Shown piece after piece: positions 62,137 to 64,000 of a stretch of 64,000 nt of DNA. How positions within the stretch are numbered: the stretch's first letter is position 1; every line of letters begins with the position of its first letter. The notes under the pieces are model-generated. The model did not search any database, was not told the DNA's origin, and saw only the letters and a list, made by a program, of their open reading frames with translations. The stretch is from an uncultured bacterium. GTDB taxonomy: Bacteria; Chloroflexota; UBA5177; JANWHV01. The DNA lies in contig CAVSOU010000010.1 of NCBI GenBank assembly GCA_963729625.1, positions 32,001-96,000 on the forward strand, given 5' to 3'. The translations under genes and the position numbers were made by a program.

Positions 62137-62772
62137 ATGGACCACATTCTGGGCCGTAAGGTCGGCATGACGCAGGTGTTCGCTGAGGACGGCAGCGTCG
62201 TTCCGGTCACGGTAATCCAGGCGGGACCGTGCTTCGTGACTGCCGTCCGCACGACGGTGAAGGACGGCTACCAAGCCGTTCAGGTTGCGTTCGACTCAAC
62301 GCGGAAGCGTTTGACCAAGCCGAAGGCCGGATACCTGAAGAAGCGCAATCTCGGCAATTTCCGCGTTCTTCGAGAGTTGCGGACGGATGCGAGCGATGTC
62401 GAGGTTGGCAAGCCGATTACCGTGGAGATATTTGCTAAGGGTGACTTTGTGGATGTCACCGGCACGACCAAGGGCAAGGGTTTTCAAGGTGGAGTGAAGC
62501 GATATGGCTTCGCCGGTGGGCCCAAGACTCATGGCCAGTCGGATCGACTGCGCGCACCCGGATCGATCGGATCCGGCACAACGCCGGGGCGTGTGTTCAA
62601 GGGAACGCACATGGCCGGCCATATGGGCAACGAGCGACACACCGTTTTGAACTTGCAGGTCGTGGGAGTTGACGCGGACAACAGTTTATTGCTGGTAAAG
62701 GGACCTGTTCCCGGTGCGGATCAGGGCCTGGTCACAGTGCGGCGAGCTGTCAAGAAGCAGCCTCCGAAGTGA
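62137..62772 (+). CDS. rplC: 50S ribosomal protein L3
   Basis: [21 protein letters not shown]. Confidence 0.99.
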   Translation: MDHILGRKVGMTQVFAEDGSVVPVTVIQAGPCFVTAVRTTVKDGYQAVQVAFDSTRKRLTKPKAGYLKKRNLGNFRVLRELRTDASDVEVGKPITVEIFAKGDFVDVTGTTKGKGFQGGVKRYGFAGGPKTHGQSDRLRAPGSIGSGTTPGRVFKGTHMAGHMGNERHTVLNLQVVGVDADNSLLLVKGPVPGADQGLVTVRRAVKKQPPK

Positions 62773-62844
62773 CCACCGTCAACCGCGAGTCCCGGACCAC
62801 GAGGTTCCGGGACTGGGCGCTGATAGGTTAAAGGACAACATCGA

Positions 62845-63468
62845 ATGCCTCAATTACAGGTCTTTAGTGCCGCGGGCGCGGCGGTCTCCGCCCTTGATGT
62901 CAGCGACCGCGTATTTGACGCGCCTGAAAACACCGCTCTGGTGCATCAGGCCGTCGTCGCGTATCTCGCGAATCAGCGTCAAGGCACCGCGAAGGTGCTT
63001 ACTCGCGGAGAAGTCTCCGGCGGCGGCAAGAAACCGTATCGCCAAAAGGGCACGGGCAGAGCGCGGCAGGGCAGCACGCGTGCCCCCCAGTGGATCGGTG
63101 GCGGCGTGGTCTTTGGACCGTTGCCGCGTGAGTGGCGACAACGCGTTCCGCAGAAGATGCGACAGGGCGCCCTGCGCTGCGTCTTATCCGACAAGGTGCG
63201 GCAGGACCGCCTTCGGGTCATCGACGCATTTGGCCTGACTGTACCGCGAACCAAGGCCATGGTCGAGGTTCTGAAGGCGCTATCGCTGTCGCGCAAAGTC
63301 CTCGTCGTCCTCGACGAGCGCGACGACTTCGTGCTCGAGAGCTCGCGGAACATTCCGGACGTGCGCCTGGTTCCTGCCTCTATCCTGAACACGTACGATG
63401 TGATTAACGCGGATTGGGTGCTGACGACTCCCGCGACCATTCGTTCGATCGAGGGGAAGTTGGGCTGA
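62845..63468 (+). CDS. rplD: 50S ribosomal protein L4
   Basis: KPYRQKGTGRARQGS. Confidence 0.99.
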   Translation: MPQLQVFSAAGAAVSALDVSDRVFDAPENTALVHQAVVAYLANQRQGTAKVLTRGEVSGGGKKPYRQKGTGRARQGSTRAPQWIGGGVVFGPLPREWRQRVPQKMRQGALRCVLSDKVRQDRLRVIDAFGLTVPRTKAMVEVLKALSLSRKVLVVLDERDDFVLESSRNIPDVRLVPASILNTYDVINADWVLTTPATIRSIEGKLG

Positions 63469-63788
63469 TGGATCTTCATGAAATTCTTGAACGCCCGGTG
63501 ATCACCGAGAAGAGCACCGCGCAAGCCAACCCGACCCCTTCCCGTCGCCGCGGCAGCAACCCCAGCGCCAAGTATACGTTCCGCGTTCCGCGCGCTGCGA
63601 ACAAGATCGAAATCCGCGAAGCGGTTGAGAAGCGCTTCAGTGTAAAGGTTCTCGACGTGAACACCGCGGCTGTCAGGCCCCACATGCGCGGCATGGGCAA
63701 GCGTCGCGGTACGATTCCAGGCTGGAAGAAAGCATTCGTGACGCTCGAGCCTGGTCAGACAATCGAAGATTTCTTCGGCAGTGTGTGA
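63468..63788 (+). CDS. rplW: 50S ribosomal protein L23
   Basis: PVITEKS, ANKIEI, WKKAFVTL. Confidence 0.97.
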   Translation: MDLHEILERPVITEKSTAQANPTPSRRRGSNPSAKYTFRVPRAANKIEIREAVEKRFSVKVLDVNTAAVRPHMRGMGKRRGTIPGWKKAFVTLEPGQTIEDFFGSV

Positions 63789-63800
63789 GGAACGAAGCCA

Positions 63801-64000
63801 ATGCCAGTGAAGAAATACAAACCGACGTCTCCAGGCAGGCGCGGTATGTCGGTCTCCGATTTCGGGGAGATCACGCGGAGCAAGCCTGAACGATCCCTGA
63901 CCGAGCCACTGAAGCGGCACGCCGGCCGCAACAATCAGGGGCGCATTACCGTGCGCCATCGCGGCGGCGGCCACAAGCGACGGTATCGCATCATCGACTT
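63801..64000 (+). CDS. rplB: 50S ribosomal protein L2 (partial, runs off the window)
   Basis: [14 protein letters not shown]...[25 protein letters not shown]. Confidence 0.97.
   Translation, partial: MPVKKYKPTSPGRRGMSVSDFGEITRSKPERSLTEPLKRHAGRNNQGRITVRHRGGGHKRRYRIID

Overview
High-GC bacterial chromosome, most consistent with a Chloroflexota member (inferred from gene content and RpoB/RpoC style, not from a database search). The right half (34.9-64 kb) is core genome: selA, pyrF, a complete atp operon (minus strand), rpoB-rpoC, the str operon and the start of the S10 operon. The left half mixes housekeeping genes (nrdJ/nrdR, TrmH, SixA, a DtxR-family regulator, two-component proteins) with two accessory blocks. 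Each block is built around an XRE-HTH/NTPase/repeat regulator divergent from secreted proteins. Block 1 (7-15 kb) has an HTH-TIR-STAND-TM-14xWD40 gene with two frameshifts. Block 2 (29-34.9 kb) is a decayed tRNA-Lys(CTT)-associated integrative locus with an integrase relic, paired TGTTAC arm-like repeats, an intact tRNA-Lys, and a second 5'-half tRNA-Lys whose anticodon arm forms a perfect 13-7-13 inverted repeat. Other notable items are small FYVE-like and GATA-like zinc-finger ORFs, a Cys-less SurA-thioredoxin fusion, a 56-aa zinc-ribbon ORF before rpoB missing from the ORF track, and a ~170-aa tandem helical repeat expansion inside RpoC. All calls were made by eye from the sequence.
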